IMG/VR virus record: IMGVR_UViG_3300011432_000001
Location: 1 to 64,000 of that record
Direction: 5' to 3' (one strand)
DNA from: a virus
Length of the DNA stretch: 64,000 bases
The position numbers and the translations under genes were made by a program. Shown piece after piece: positions 17,274-26,176 of this stretch (position 1 is its first letter; each line of letters opens with the position of its first letter). Under the pieces are notes generated by a model, which saw only the letters and a program-made list of their open reading frames with translations, did not search any database and was not told where the DNA came from.

Positions 17274-17510
17274 ATGCCAAAGTTCAAAGTACCAATGGTA
17301 AAGACTATTACTGCTTATGTGAACGTCGAAGCAGACAATGAAGACCAAGCGTATGAAAAGGCACTTGATAATGCACCCGAGATTTGTGCCATTTGTACTG
17401 GATGGGGAAGTGACTCCTGGTCTGTTGATGCTGATGCCGACTGGGAGGAATCTGATGGCGAAGGCATTGAGGAGATTGGTGCAGACGAAGAAGTAGTGAA
17501 CGAAAATTAA
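17274..17510 (+). CDS. hypothetical acidic protein with a CxxC motif
   Basis: RBS aaggagaaaaacggATG. Confidence 0.5.
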   Translation: MPKFKVPMVKTITAYVNVEADNEDQAYEKALDNAPEICAICTGWGSDSWSVDADADWEESDGEGIEEIGADEEVVNEN

Positions 17511-17524
17511 TTTAAGGATATGCT

Positions 17525-17770
17525 ATGGTCGCAGTAGAGCAGAATAACAATGCCGCTGCCACAGCTGTAGTTGTCATATCCACATTGATCACCTGCGGAC
17601 TGATGATTCCAGTGTGGCTATTTGTGGGCTTAATTATTATAATAGTAAAAATATTTAGTCCAGAACCTAAGAAACCAAAACCAGTATACATTCCTCCAAG
17701 TAACGACTTCGCCTCCGATTGGGAATACGAAATAATAGAATGGAATGAAGATGGGACACGCATCTGTTAG
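17525..17770 (+). CDS. small membrane protein
   Basis: Long hydrophobic stretch. Confidence 0.4.
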   Translation: MVAVEQNNNAAATAVVVISTLITCGLMIPVWLFVGLIIIIVKIFSPEPKKPKPVYIPPSNDFASDWEYEIIEWNEDGTRIC

Positions 17771-18101
17771 GCCAAGGATTAGAGAATTCTTCGAACGCAA
17801 TCCTGGTGTGACTCTATGGAGAAAGGACTTCATGGAGTACATTGAACGTGACTTGGGAAGAGCATGTACAGTGAGCGGCCTTCTCAATGCCATCAGTGAA
17901 CTTATCAAAACTGGATATCCTATCGAAGTTGAGGAACGTGGACATTCGTGGCGTTACGTTCCTAACAAGAAACAAGAAATCGTGGCACTTCCCAGAACCA
18001 ACAGGAAAATGTTTGAGTTATTGGCAAATACCAAAAGTGGTGCGATGATTCTCGAGGACACCGAAGGTGAAGTCGTGATCGTCAAGGTTGTAGATCTGTG
18101 A
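17745..18101 (+). CDS. hypothetical protein
   Basis: ORF. Confidence 0.5.
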   Translation: MKMGHASVRPRIREFFERNPGVTLWRKDFMEYIERDLGRACTVSGLLNAISELIKTGYPIEVEERGHSWRYVPNKKQEIVALPRTNRKMFELLANTKSGAMILEDTEGEVVIVKVVDL

Positions 18102-18175
18102 TCAAGCGACCGTTGACACGTCTGTCAGGGGCGAGGTATTGTTGGGTGCAGCGGCCGGACAGGTTGCTGCACCTT

Positions 18176-18230
18176 CCTTATATCACTGGTGTGAAGCTCA
18201 ATGACTTCGGTTCGATTCCGAATATAAGGA
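18176..18230 (+). other. tRNA 3'-half-like element (7-bp acceptor CCTTATA/TATAAGG plus T-arm TTCGG-TTCGATT-CCGAA); candidate attP core or tRNA-like module
   Basis: Only 55 nt, too short for a tRNA; canonical T-loop; lies 160 nt upstream of an excisionase-family gene. Confidence 0.3.
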
Positions 18231-18390
18231 CGAGTTGATGGTGGGAACAATTGTACTCCTAATACAATGCAGGAATGTTCCGGTGAGCTTTTCTGTTCTT
18301 CGGCTCGCTTGTAAGGTTTAGTCCGTTTACCTGTAGGCTTGAGACGCGAATAACCATCATCACTCTCATTCAAGTGAGAAAGGAAAAGTA

Positions 18391-18690
18391 ATGGGTCAAA
18401 TAGATACAGATGATCTTTTTCCTGCTGATCTACAACCTGAAGAGGTAGCACTAAGGAAAGAGATTTTACTACCAACAAGACCCAGTCTTAAGGATGAATA
18501 CAATCCAGAGGACTGGATGACCACCAGGGAAGTTTCTGAATTCTTCCGCGTCGATCCAAAGACCGTGAAGCGTTGGCAGACAGAGGGTAAGTTGGATGAG
18601 GTGAAAACTTTCGTGACTCCAGGGGGTCACCACCGATTCTCTCGCCCTGACATTAAGAAGATAGTGGAATCACATGAAAACGGTCGCTGA
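18391..18690 (+). CDS. excisionase-family / MerR-like HTH DNA-binding protein
   Basis: TTREVSEFFRVDPKTVKRWQTEGKL..PGGHHRF matches the Xis-type winged HTH; RBS gagaaaggaaaagtaATG. Confidence 0.5.
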   Translation: MGQIDTDDLFPADLQPEEVALRKEILLPTRPSLKDEYNPEDWMTTREVSEFFRVDPKTVKRWQTEGKLDEVKTFVTPGGHHRFSRPDIKKIVESHENGR

Positions 18691-18946
18691 CGATGAGCTT
18701 TTCACGGACATCGATGAGAATGACCAACGCCTAAAGACGACCATTGAGACTTGGGTCGAAGGTAAGAAAAAACTGAAAGAAGGACATCGCGAAGAATTAG
18801 ATGAGTATGAAGGAAGAATGTTCGCTTTTCTTTGGAGATGCCGACCCATATTGTCAACAGCTACACTGTCTAGACTGGTAGGTATGTCTAGACAAACTCT
18901 CTATGAGAAGTGGCAGAAGCATGGTTTTGACGTTAATGAAATCTGA
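18674..18946 (+). CDS. HTH-containing small regulator
   Basis: LSRLVGMSRQTLYEKWQKHG helix-turn-helix. Confidence 0.4.
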   Translation: MKTVADDELFTDIDENDQRLKTTIETWVEGKKKLKEGHREELDEYEGRMFAFLWRCRPILSTATLSRLVGMSRQTLYEKWQKHGFDVNEI

Positions 18947-19136
18947 GGAAGATAGACAGGAGTTAAAAAGTAACTTCTGTCATTGGGTGTGGATAGATGA
19001 TCCTGATGAATCCTTATGTGGAAAGGATATGTCCAACCATAACTGGGTGAGCGACGAAGTAGCTGTTGACTGTCCAGAATGTTTGTGGACAGAAGAATTC
19101 CTAGAACAAATTGAAAATAACCTTGGTGGAGAATAA
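18903..19136 (+). CDS. Zn-ribbon small protein
   Basis: C..C ... CPEC motif. Confidence 0.4.
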   Translation: MRSGRSMVLTLMKSEEDRQELKSNFCHWVWIDDPDESLCGKDMSNHNWVSDEVAVDCPECLWTEEFLEQIENNLGGE

Positions 19137-19452
19137 GATGTCCGACTCTACTTTAGAAGAAGCAAGAAGGTGCCCTGCTTGTAACGAACCTGGATTGGCC
19201 AATGGAACTAGACCAGCCCCAGAACGTTGGCAGGGCACCTTACATCTTTTCAAATGCGTAAATCAACGTTGCCTAAAGGTTGATCGTACTTGGATTGTAC
19301 AGATCAGACCTGATGGAACTATTCCAGAAGCGACATTGAATAGAGAAAAGAACTACCCAATGGTAGAAGGAATGCCCACGCGAGAACGAATCAACAGAGC
19401 TAGAGCATCAGTTGATGATAACGTTCGACAGCAACGAGCGAAAAATGCATAG
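19111..19452 (+). CDS. Zn-ribbon protein (probable start at 19138)
   Basis: CPACN ... CVNQRC. Confidence 0.45.
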   Translation: MKITLVENKMSDSTLEEARRCPACNEPGLANGTRPAPERWQGTLHLFKCVNQRCLKVDRTWIVQIRPDGTIPEATLNREKNYPMVEGMPTRERINRARASVDDNVRQQRAKNA

Positions 19453-19645
19453 AGCCAATCCTCCCATGGGAGAAGTAAGACGGCCGTGCGTATTCTGTAA
19501 TGATACAGTATTACAGGTACATGGAAAACTTGCCACTAACAGGGTGACTCGTAAGACTGGAATGGCATGTCAGCATTGTTGGGAGCAGGATCAAATTGAA
19601 CGGGCCAACAATACCACATCTGTACATGCCTCAGCGCGCGATTGA
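19412..19645 (+). CDS. Zn-finger small protein
   Basis: CVFC ... CQHC. Confidence 0.35.
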   Translation: MMITFDSNERKMHRANPPMGEVRRPCVFCNDTVLQVHGKLATNRVTRKTGMACQHCWEQDQIERANNTTSVHASARD

Positions 19646-19829
19646 AAAAATAGCAGCAGAATATAACATGTCGATAGACGATGTAAAACAAATATGTATG
19701 GTGCGCTCCTACGAAACATCTGATGAACGTAATAAAAGAATTCAGATAGAAGAAATAACGAACAGAATCAACAGACGCCTCCGTGGTGAGTATGTTTCGC
19801 CAGCGTGGATTGCGAGCTTTAGGAGGTGA
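19596..19829 (+). CDS. hypothetical protein
   Basis: ORF. Confidence 0.4.
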   Translation: MNGPTIPHLYMPQRAIEKIAAEYNMSIDDVKQICMVRSYETSDERNKRIQIEEITNRINRRLRGEYVSPAWIASFRR

Positions 19830-19832
19830 CAC

Positions 19833-21311
19833 ATGGAACTATTTGCATTTCAAAGAGAAACGGTAGAGAAACTAAAAGAACAACGCGGCGTACTTATTGC
19901 ACACGACATGGGCTTAGGAAAAACGGTCACAGCTATAGCTCTAGACGGTGTCAGGCGATCTCGATTTGATAAACCTGCCAAGACTTTAATTATTTGTCCT
20001 CTAGGCGCTATTGATGTTTGGGTCAAGCACTATGCTGCTTGGGCACCACGCCTTAGAGTGGTAGCGATTGACAATAAGAACCGCAAGCCATTTATGGAAG
20101 TCATGGAGCGCTCCTTTAAGGATCCTCTTGGACTTGGTTATGACGTGTTCATCATGCACTACCCTGCGATCAGGCTTGAGAAGGATGTCGCTCGCTTCCC
20201 TTGGTTTCACGTCGTATGCGACGAAGTGCATGCATTGCAGGATCGTAAATCTGCACAGAGTAAGGCAGTCAAGCTGATTCCAGCGTTCTATAAGACTGGT
20301 CTGTCCGGCACTCCGGTATTCAACAAGCCTGATGACCTATGGTCTATCCTCAATTGGCTGTACCCAAAATACTGGAAAAGCTATTGGAGCTATTTCAAGA
20401 GGTATATCAAATGGGTTGAGTATGATGGCTATAGGACCGTCATTGGAGTTAACAATGAAGAAGAGTTACAAGCTCAGATCGCTGGGTTCTATAGTAGAAT
20501 AATGAAAAGGGCAGTCCTTAAGGATCTACCCGACAAATACTTTAGCGTTCACCAAGCTAAGATGCATCCATTGCAGACTAAAGCATACAAACAAATGAAG
20601 AAAGAAATGCTTGCATGGGTTGGAGAGCACGAAGATCAACCAATTAATGCATCCGTGGTGCTGGCGCAACTTACCAGGTTGCAACAGTTCGCCTCTGCCT
20701 ACGCAGAGATTGAACATTTCGAGGTAAAAGTTAAGGTGTACGTCAAGGAACGTGATAGGCCAGAGCTTAGAGAACAAGGTATTGAGGTTTTCCAAGCAGA
20801 CGATGACAGTTGGTACTACTATACAATGGAACCACGTACCAGGGTCCGTCTTTCTGAGCCTAGCAACAAGCTCGATGATGTGATGGAAATTATCAACTCC
20901 ACGGATGAGCAGATAATAGTATTCTCACAGTTCTCACAGATGATGCAACTATTAGCAAAGAGACTAGAAAAGGCTGGCATACCACACGGTCTTTACATAG
21001 GTGCTACCTCTAAGGCCGACCGTGATAAGATTGTAGAAGAATTTCAAGCTGGTAAGCTTAAGGTGTTCTGTGGAAGTATCAAGGCCGGAGGCATGAGTAT
21101 CACGCTAACAGCGTCATCAACAGTTGTCATCACTAATCGTGAATGGGCACAGTCTCTAAATGATCAGGCGATTGACCGTGCAGATAGACTTGGACAGAAG
21201 AATGCGGTACACGTAATTGATGTAATATCTGAGAGTACCATAGATACAGAGCGAAATCTAGGAATTGAAATGAACTGGAACGTAATTAAACGGATGTTAG
21301 GAGAATTGTAA
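19833..21311 (+). CDS. SNF2-family DNA helicase/translocase
   Basis: RBS aggaggtgacacATG; motif II VVCDEVHALQD; LSGTPVFNKPDDLWSILNWL; C-terminal helicase motifs FSQFSQMM..QAIDRADRLGQKNAVHV. Confidence 0.8.
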   Translation: MELFAFQRETVEKLKEQRGVLIAHDMGLGKTVTAIALDGVRRSRFDKPAKTLIICPLGAIDVWVKHYAAWAPRLRVVAIDNKNRKPFMEVMERSFKDPLGLGYDVFIMHYPAIRLEKDVARFPWFHVVCDEVHALQDRKSAQSKAVKLIPAFYKTGLSGTPVFNKPDDLWSILNWLYPKYWKSYWSYFKRYIKWVEYDGYRTVIGVNNEEELQAQIAGFYSRIMKRAVLKDLPDKYFSVHQAKMHPLQTKAYKQMKKEMLAWVGEHEDQPINASVVLAQLTRLQQFASAYAEIEHFEVKVKVYVKERDRPELREQGIEVFQADDDSWYYYTMEPRTRVRLSEPSNKLDDVMEIINSTDEQIIVFSQFSQMMQLLAKRLEKAGIPHGLYIGATSKADRDKIVEEFQAGKLKVFCGSIKAGGMSITLTASSTVVITNREWAQSLNDQAIDRADRLGQKNAVHVIDVISESTIDTERNLGIEMNWNVIKRMLGEL

Positions 21312-21631
21312 TGGACTGTATTTGTATACGTTGCCCAACGCATGGATCAGGCTCGCCATCTCGCGAACTTAGTGCAGAAACAATGGGATCGCCAGAGTTT
21401 GACCAATACGTGCAACTTCATGTTATGGCAGCCCTCTCTACGTTCGTGAAGGACGCAATTCCAGGTGCAAGGGAAATATTCCTTGAGCAAGGCATTGATA
21501 AGGGAATCGTCGAGCTATACACCAGATCCGTATCAACTCTAGCTCCGGAAGCAATGGCAGTTATTATCACAGCATTCCTAGTAATTATGGGCAACTCTGA
21601 TTTTGATGTGGAGACACTACGTGTTGAATGA
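21311..21631 (+). CDS. hypothetical protein
   Basis: ORF. Confidence 0.45.
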   Translation: MDCICIRCPTHGSGSPSRELSAETMGSPEFDQYVQLHVMAALSTFVKDAIPGAREIFLEQGIDKGIVELYTRSVSTLAPEAMAVIITAFLVIMGNSDFDVETLRVE

Positions 21632-21962
21632 ACTAGCACAGGAAATTCACCAAAATAGTGTAGATAAGGGCTTCTACGAAAAGGATCGTAATCCTTATGA
21701 AATATGGATGCTAATTAATACTGAAATTGTAGAGGCGGTGGAAGCATACCGTGACGGCTTTGGACTCAACGAGTTCGCATACGATCGCCGAGCCGAAGGA
21801 GCCTTCGAAGACAAGCCTGTAGGAATACCATCAGAAATGGCAGACATATTCATCAGAGGTCTAGACGCCTGCGCTTACTGGGGAATTGATATTGAGAAAG
21901 CCATCAAAGAAAAGATGGCCTACAATGCCAAAAGAGCGTACAAGCACGGAAGACAACACTAA
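21603..21962 (+). CDS. MazG-like nucleoside triphosphate pyrophosphohydrolase
   Basis: ExxE (EIVEAVEA) and ExxD (EMADIFIRGLD) metal-binding motifs in an all-alpha 119-aa protein. Confidence 0.5.
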   Translation: MMWRHYVLNELAQEIHQNSVDKGFYEKDRNPYEIWMLINTEIVEAVEAYRDGFGLNEFAYDRRAEGAFEDKPVGIPSEMADIFIRGLDACAYWGIDIEKAIKEKMAYNAKRAYKHGRQH

Positions 21963-22204
21963 TGCCTGCCGGACTTGAAAGGAATTCTGGTGCTGTAGCA
22001 CCTGAAGGTAATAAGCTACCAAAGACAGAGCCCAAAAGAGTAGCTCAACTTACTAAGTTACGACGTGACCTAGCTGCTGTATTAAATGCTAATGGCATCG
22101 ACTCCCTACTTGGAGTAAAAGACAAAGTACTCGCAGAATATCTACTCAGAGTACTAATGGGACTATCAAAAATGGTAGATAATATCCACGAATTGGAGAA
22201 ATAA
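21962..22204 (+). CDS. hypothetical protein
   Basis: ORF. Confidence 0.45.
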   Translation: MPAGLERNSGAVAPEGNKLPKTEPKRVAQLTKLRRDLAAVLNANGIDSLLGVKDKVLAEYLLRVLMGLSKMVDNIHELEK

Positions 22205-22207
22205 AAC

Positions 22208-22663
22208 ATGTTCGATTCAGATATCAGCAACGAACTTCGTGATGAACTCGTTGCAAGTCTCAAAAAGGTGTATGACAATGAGATGGACAACCTCTATTCA
22301 ATACTGGACGAAGTCATAGGCTATGTAAAGGTCTACACTAACATAGGAAGGCCCGATTCTAAGGCAGTGCTTATGCTTTACAACAGCTTTGTTAAGAAGG
22401 ATATAGAGAATCTTGCATTGTTGATGGCGGCACTCATTCTTCGGGAAGCGAAGAGTCAATTGGAGCAGGAGAAAGCCCAAAAAGAAAGCCCTGCCCCATC
22501 TGCGACGGACTCTACGGAATCGTCTGTGAAGGATGACACTGTCCAAGGGTCTACTGAAGGGCCAACTCTTGAGTCAATTAAAAAGGGCGCAACTGTCCAT
22601 ACTGATGTATACCTTCCACACATTGCTGTCGACGGTAACCCAACTGTAAACGAATGGAAATGA
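22208..22663 (+). CDS. hypothetical protein
   Basis: ORF. Confidence 0.5.
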   Translation: MFDSDISNELRDELVASLKKVYDNEMDNLYSILDEVIGYVKVYTNIGRPDSKAVLMLYNSFVKKDIENLALLMAALILREAKSQLEQEKAQKESPAPSATDSTESSVKDDTVQGSTEGPTLESIKKGATVHTDVYLPHIAVDGNPTVNEWK

Positions 22664-22887
22664 GAATAGTTAAGGAAGTAAAGATGACGATTGCTAGGCT
22701 CAGCGGTGCTGAGCTTGACAAAATCGAAGAGGCAATGATTGCTCTTGGAGTGGAGCTAGGCAGAGATAAACCAACAAAAAACGGCGCTGACATTGCTCTA
22801 GTGACAACAGCACTCCAAAAGCTGAACACAATCCGGCAGTGCTCCAGGGATGATGCAATAGAAATCAGCCCATCACACGGAGGATAG
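22654..22887 (+). CDS. hypothetical protein (probable start at 22684)
   Basis: RBS ttaaggaagtaaagATG. Confidence 0.45.
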   Translation: MEMRIVKEVKMTIARLSGAELDKIEEAMIALGVELGRDKPTKNGADIALVTTALQKLNTIRQCSRDDAIEISPSHGG

Positions 22888-22888
22888 A

Positions 22889-23125
22889 ATGAAGATCCGA
22901 GTAGTAGAAACGAACGTTTACGAATATAAACCTGACTTCGAGGCGGATAGTTTCTACGACGATAATGGTGTTAAGACGATAGAAGAAGCAATCGTCTTTG
23001 ACAAGAAATGGATCGAAGATCAAAAGGGTACCATTAGAGAAGATCTTGTTCAAGATGATGAACCAACAACGACAAGAGTGTGGCAGTTAATTGGAGATGA
23101 CGACAGCGTCGTTGCCACCTTTTGA
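22889..23125 (+). CDS. hypothetical protein
   Basis: RBS cacggaggatagaATG. Confidence 0.5.
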   Translation: MKIRVVETNVYEYKPDFEADSFYDDNGVKTIEEAIVFDKKWIEDQKGTIREDLVQDDEPTTTRVWQLIGDDDSVVATF

Positions 23126-23353
23126 GTCACCATGCAATAAATGTCAGTCTATGATTCGTACCACAATTTTGTTTGATCTGATGATGCAGAGTTTCGGTCG
23201 CGGTCCCGCCGCGATCGTCACTCTGTACCATCGAAATGGACACAAACTGGTGGCCTGACAGCTAGGTAAGAATAGGGGTTAGTGCATTGGCTGGCTGGAT
23301 GCATTGTAATGAGCTGATCCCTGTCTCCATCACTAATATAGAAATGGACATCG

Positions 23354-24046
23354 ATGAACTTTGCAGTGCTAACGCCGTCTCGTGGAAGACCTGAACGGTT
23401 TTCCGAAATGGCACTTTCTGCGTTAAATATATCTGAAGGATCAGTGGAAGTAATATTAGGCTTAGACGACGACGATCCCAAAAAGCACGACTATATACAA
23501 AAAGCTACATGGGATGAATATCATACAGGTCTAAGGGTAAGTCTTTCTGAGTGGACAAATAAACTTGCTGGACTCGTATTGCAAAAAGAATTCCCTCCTG
23601 AATATCTGATTTCTATGGGCGATGACCATGTAGTGCAGACCTATGATTGGCATAAAAAGTTAAGAGACTCAATAAAGAAAATGGACGGTCCTGGCTTCGC
23701 ATACGGCGATGATCTAATGAATGGCTCAGGACTGTGTACTTCCTGGATGGTATCCTCAGAAATCGTTAAGGCATTGGGTTGGATGATGCTACCCAAATGT
23801 CAACACATGTACGTAGACACCGCCATCATGGAATTGGGAGAGGCAACCGGTAGAATTGCCCATGTTCCTGAAGTAATCATTGAGCATCGTCACCCAAACA
23901 TTGACAAGGCTGAGATCGATCAGACTTACAAAGACAATAACAATGCTGAACAGTACGAACGGGATCTCATAGGATTTAGACAATGGCGGTATGGCCCAGC
24001 ATTCCGACGTGATACAAACAAAATACTGGAGCTGAAATATGTATAA
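23354..24046 (+). CDS. putative GT-A-fold glycosyltransferase (DxD-type)
   Basis: N-terminal VLTPSRGRPERF nucleotide-binding-like region and ILGLDDDDP acidic motif; a 230-nt promoter-like spacer lies upstream. Confidence 0.35.
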   Translation: MNFAVLTPSRGRPERFSEMALSALNISEGSVEVILGLDDDDPKKHDYIQKATWDEYHTGLRVSLSEWTNKLAGLVLQKEFPPEYLISMGDDHVVQTYDWHKKLRDSIKKMDGPGFAYGDDLMNGSGLCTSWMVSSEIVKALGWMMLPKCQHMYVDTAIMELGEATGRIAHVPEVIIEHRHPNIDKAEIDQTYKDNNNAEQYERDLIGFRQWRYGPAFRRDTNKILELKYV

Positions 24047-24239
24047 ATTAATATACAAAATTTTGGGACTGTTTACAACAAGGATAAGGATGATGGATGG
24101 GTATTCACAAAAGGAATACGCAGATCTCCACGGAGTAGAATGGGAAATGATAATAAGACTAGAATCAGGAATACTTTACAACAATAAGATTCACTCACTA
24201 GTAGTTAATGGTATGAACGTAGAATTGAGGTTCCGCTGA
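24039..24239 (+). CDS. hypothetical protein
   Basis: ORF. Confidence 0.4.
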   Translation: MYKLIYKILGLFTTRIRMMDGYSQKEYADLHGVEWEMIIRLESGILYNNKIHSLVVNGMNVELRFR

Positions 24240-24469
24240 TGGGATGGAATTCAGGCAACGAGATCTTCGATCCTGTATGCGAAGAAGTCATCAGGCAAGT
24301 GGAAAAAACTGATGGCATGTATCCAGCAGATGCTATTGCACTACTAACGATACTAATTTATGAAATGCAGCAGGGAGATTGGGATACAGAAGATGAGTCT
24401 CTTGATAAGTTTCAAGATTACGAATACGTGGTAATGGCATTCGCAGCCAATGGTATTACTGCGGACTAG
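24239..24469 (+). CDS. hypothetical acidic protein
   Basis: ORF. Confidence 0.45.
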   Translation: MGWNSGNEIFDPVCEEVIRQVEKTDGMYPADAIALLTILIYEMQQGDWDTEDESLDKFQDYEYVVMAFAANGITAD

Positions 24470-24507
24470 GTATTATTGGGTGGAGCAGTCGGACAGGAGA
24501 ATAGTTA

Positions 24508-24801
24508 ATGACTTACGAGAAGCCGATGGTGCCAACGCTAGGACGCATTGTCCACTATCGTGGAAAGCTTGGACTTAAAGCTACGCGCATGGCATTGGTT
24601 GCATGTACACAAAAAGAACTCATAGCGGCAAGTGTGGAGAGTGGAGAAGCACAACCGCTTACTTCACCTATGCACGTCCATCTGCAAGTTGTTACCATTG
24701 GTACGCAGATGATGTTCCCAGAAAACAATGTTCCTTACGCTGAGCCAGATGCTAATGGAGAAATTCCTGGCGGATGCTGGACTTGGCCACCTAGGGTTTA
24801 A
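24508..24801 (+). CDS. hypothetical protein
   Basis: ORF. Confidence 0.45.
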   Translation: MTYEKPMVPTLGRIVHYRGKLGLKATRMALVACTQKELIAASVESGEAQPLTSPMHVHLQVVTIGTQMMFPENNVPYAEPDANGEIPGGCWTWPPRV

Positions 24802-24803
24802 AG

Positions 24804-24980
24804 ATGAGCATTTACGCGAGATATTCGATTAGGTGTGATACTTGCACAAGATCACTAAAAAACTTCGGTGTGGATAGCTTCCACGATACTAAAGCGGCTG
24901 AGAATAGCGCTACTGAACGTGGGTGGATAAAAATAGGACGCAATCATAAGTGCAAGGACTGCATTTACAAAGGTAAATAA
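24804..24980 (+). CDS. small Zn-ribbon protein (58 aa; CDTC ... CKDC)
   Basis: Read from sequence (MSIYARYSIRCDTCTRSLKNFG..HKCKDCIYKGK); coupled to the upstream stop. Confidence 0.4.
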   Translation: MSIYARYSIRCDTCTRSLKNFGVDSFHDTKAAENSATERGWIKIGRNHKCKDCIYKGK

Positions 24981-24986
24981 TAAGCC

Positions 24987-25240
24987 GACAGGGACTCTGG
25001 TATTTGTGGATTCACCATCCGAGGCATAGAGCCTAGATGCGAAGTATCGAACCGAGGTAACAGTCTTCGCTCCAAATACCCGACTAGGCTCAAGGAGTCC
25101 CTGTCTTTATCAGGGGAGGCTCTGTCAGTTGTGGGATTAGTTACCCCAAAGCTGTGATGGCTGAGATGCCGATGGGTTTTGGGGCCGTTGTTCTCCTGTC
25201 CGCGTCCGACTGACCGACTAGGCTCACGGGGCCTTCCCAC
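24987..25240 (+). ncRNA. candidate structured RNA (GC-rich island with nested helices)
   Basis: Nested inverted repeats: GACAGGGACTC(24987)/GAGTCCCTGTC(25095); GGTATTTG(24999)/CAAATACC(25073); GCGAAG(25039)/CTTCGC(25065); CCCCAAA/TTTTGGGG; direct repeat CCGACTAGGCTCA(A/C)GG; no ORF. Confidence 0.3.
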
Positions 25241-25440
25241 TAACTAAGGAAAATTATGGAATGGCGATACTTACAAATGAAGAAGCCCACAGTCAAGCAT
25301 GCGCTTGAAAGATCTCATGACGCACACTCAGTATGCGGATTGTGATCTAACTTTTGGCTTGGGACTGGTAAACAAGAAGAGTACGAAATCAATGAGGCTC
25401 TGCCGAAGTGTCACAACTGTATGAGAATCATAGGTGAAAA

Positions 25441-25659
25441 ATGGGAGCCAGATTTGCGATCCATCCAGGAACGGTGACATCAAAAAACGATGGGGATCGA
25501 CATTACGTCACTGCTCATAGACTAGCCAGCCTTTATCAATTGAAAACTGGCGAGTGGATAGTCTGGCACGAGAAGGTTTCGGAGAAATTCTACAACTGGA
25601 ATGATTATATCCACCTTTATCCAAGCTACGAGGGAAACTATGGAAGGCCTGACGAATGA
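25441..25659 (+). CDS. hypothetical protein
   Basis: ORF. Confidence 0.45.
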   Translation: MGARFAIHPGTVTSKNDGDRHYVTAHRLASLYQLKTGEWIVWHEKVSEKFYNWNDYIHLYPSYEGNYGRPDE

Positions 25660-25961
25660 GAATAGTAAAGCCAACCAAACCTGAATCGATGGCAGTGTTA
25701 GTCGACACCATCTTCTGGGGTGAAAAATTAGTTACTGTAGCACCTTCTGAAGTAGCTGCCGACAGAATAGATATTGTTGTTGCACGTGTCGAAGGTGGAA
25801 ATGTTAGACTTGGAACTATTACTGGTCCACCAGTGAATACTGATGATTCTGCCTGGCTGTGGCCAGATCCAACATTACCGGAAGGAGCTAAAGCTTTAGC
25901 TGAAATTAGAGTTCACAGATGCCAAACAGCAATTTATGACAGCAATATTGTGGAGATATAA
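25656..25961 (+). CDS. hypothetical protein
   Basis: ORF. Confidence 0.45.
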   Translation: MRIVKPTKPESMAVLVDTIFWGEKLVTVAPSEVAADRIDIVVARVEGGNVRLGTITGPPVNTDDSAWLWPDPTLPEGAKALAEIRVHRCQTAIYDSNIVEI

Positions 25962-26176
25962 TGATTGAATTAGGACCAACGAATGAAAAAACTGGCAAAC
26001 CAGCCGAAATAGTGTATGACATTTTGGCAGATACACGTCCAGGCTGGAAAATTCGCATTTACGATATTGGAAATGGTTACGATGTCTATCGTGTACACGA
26101 AATGTATGGACGGGTGTTTGTGGGACATCGATGGTTCAGGTTTTTTGCCCAGCGTCTAGCTAACAGGTGGGTTTGA
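25961..26176 (+). CDS. hypothetical protein
   Basis: ORF. Confidence 0.45.
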   Translation: MIELGPTNEKTGKPAEIVYDILADTRPGWKIRIYDIGNGYDVYRVHEMYGRVFVGHRWFRFFAQRLANRWV

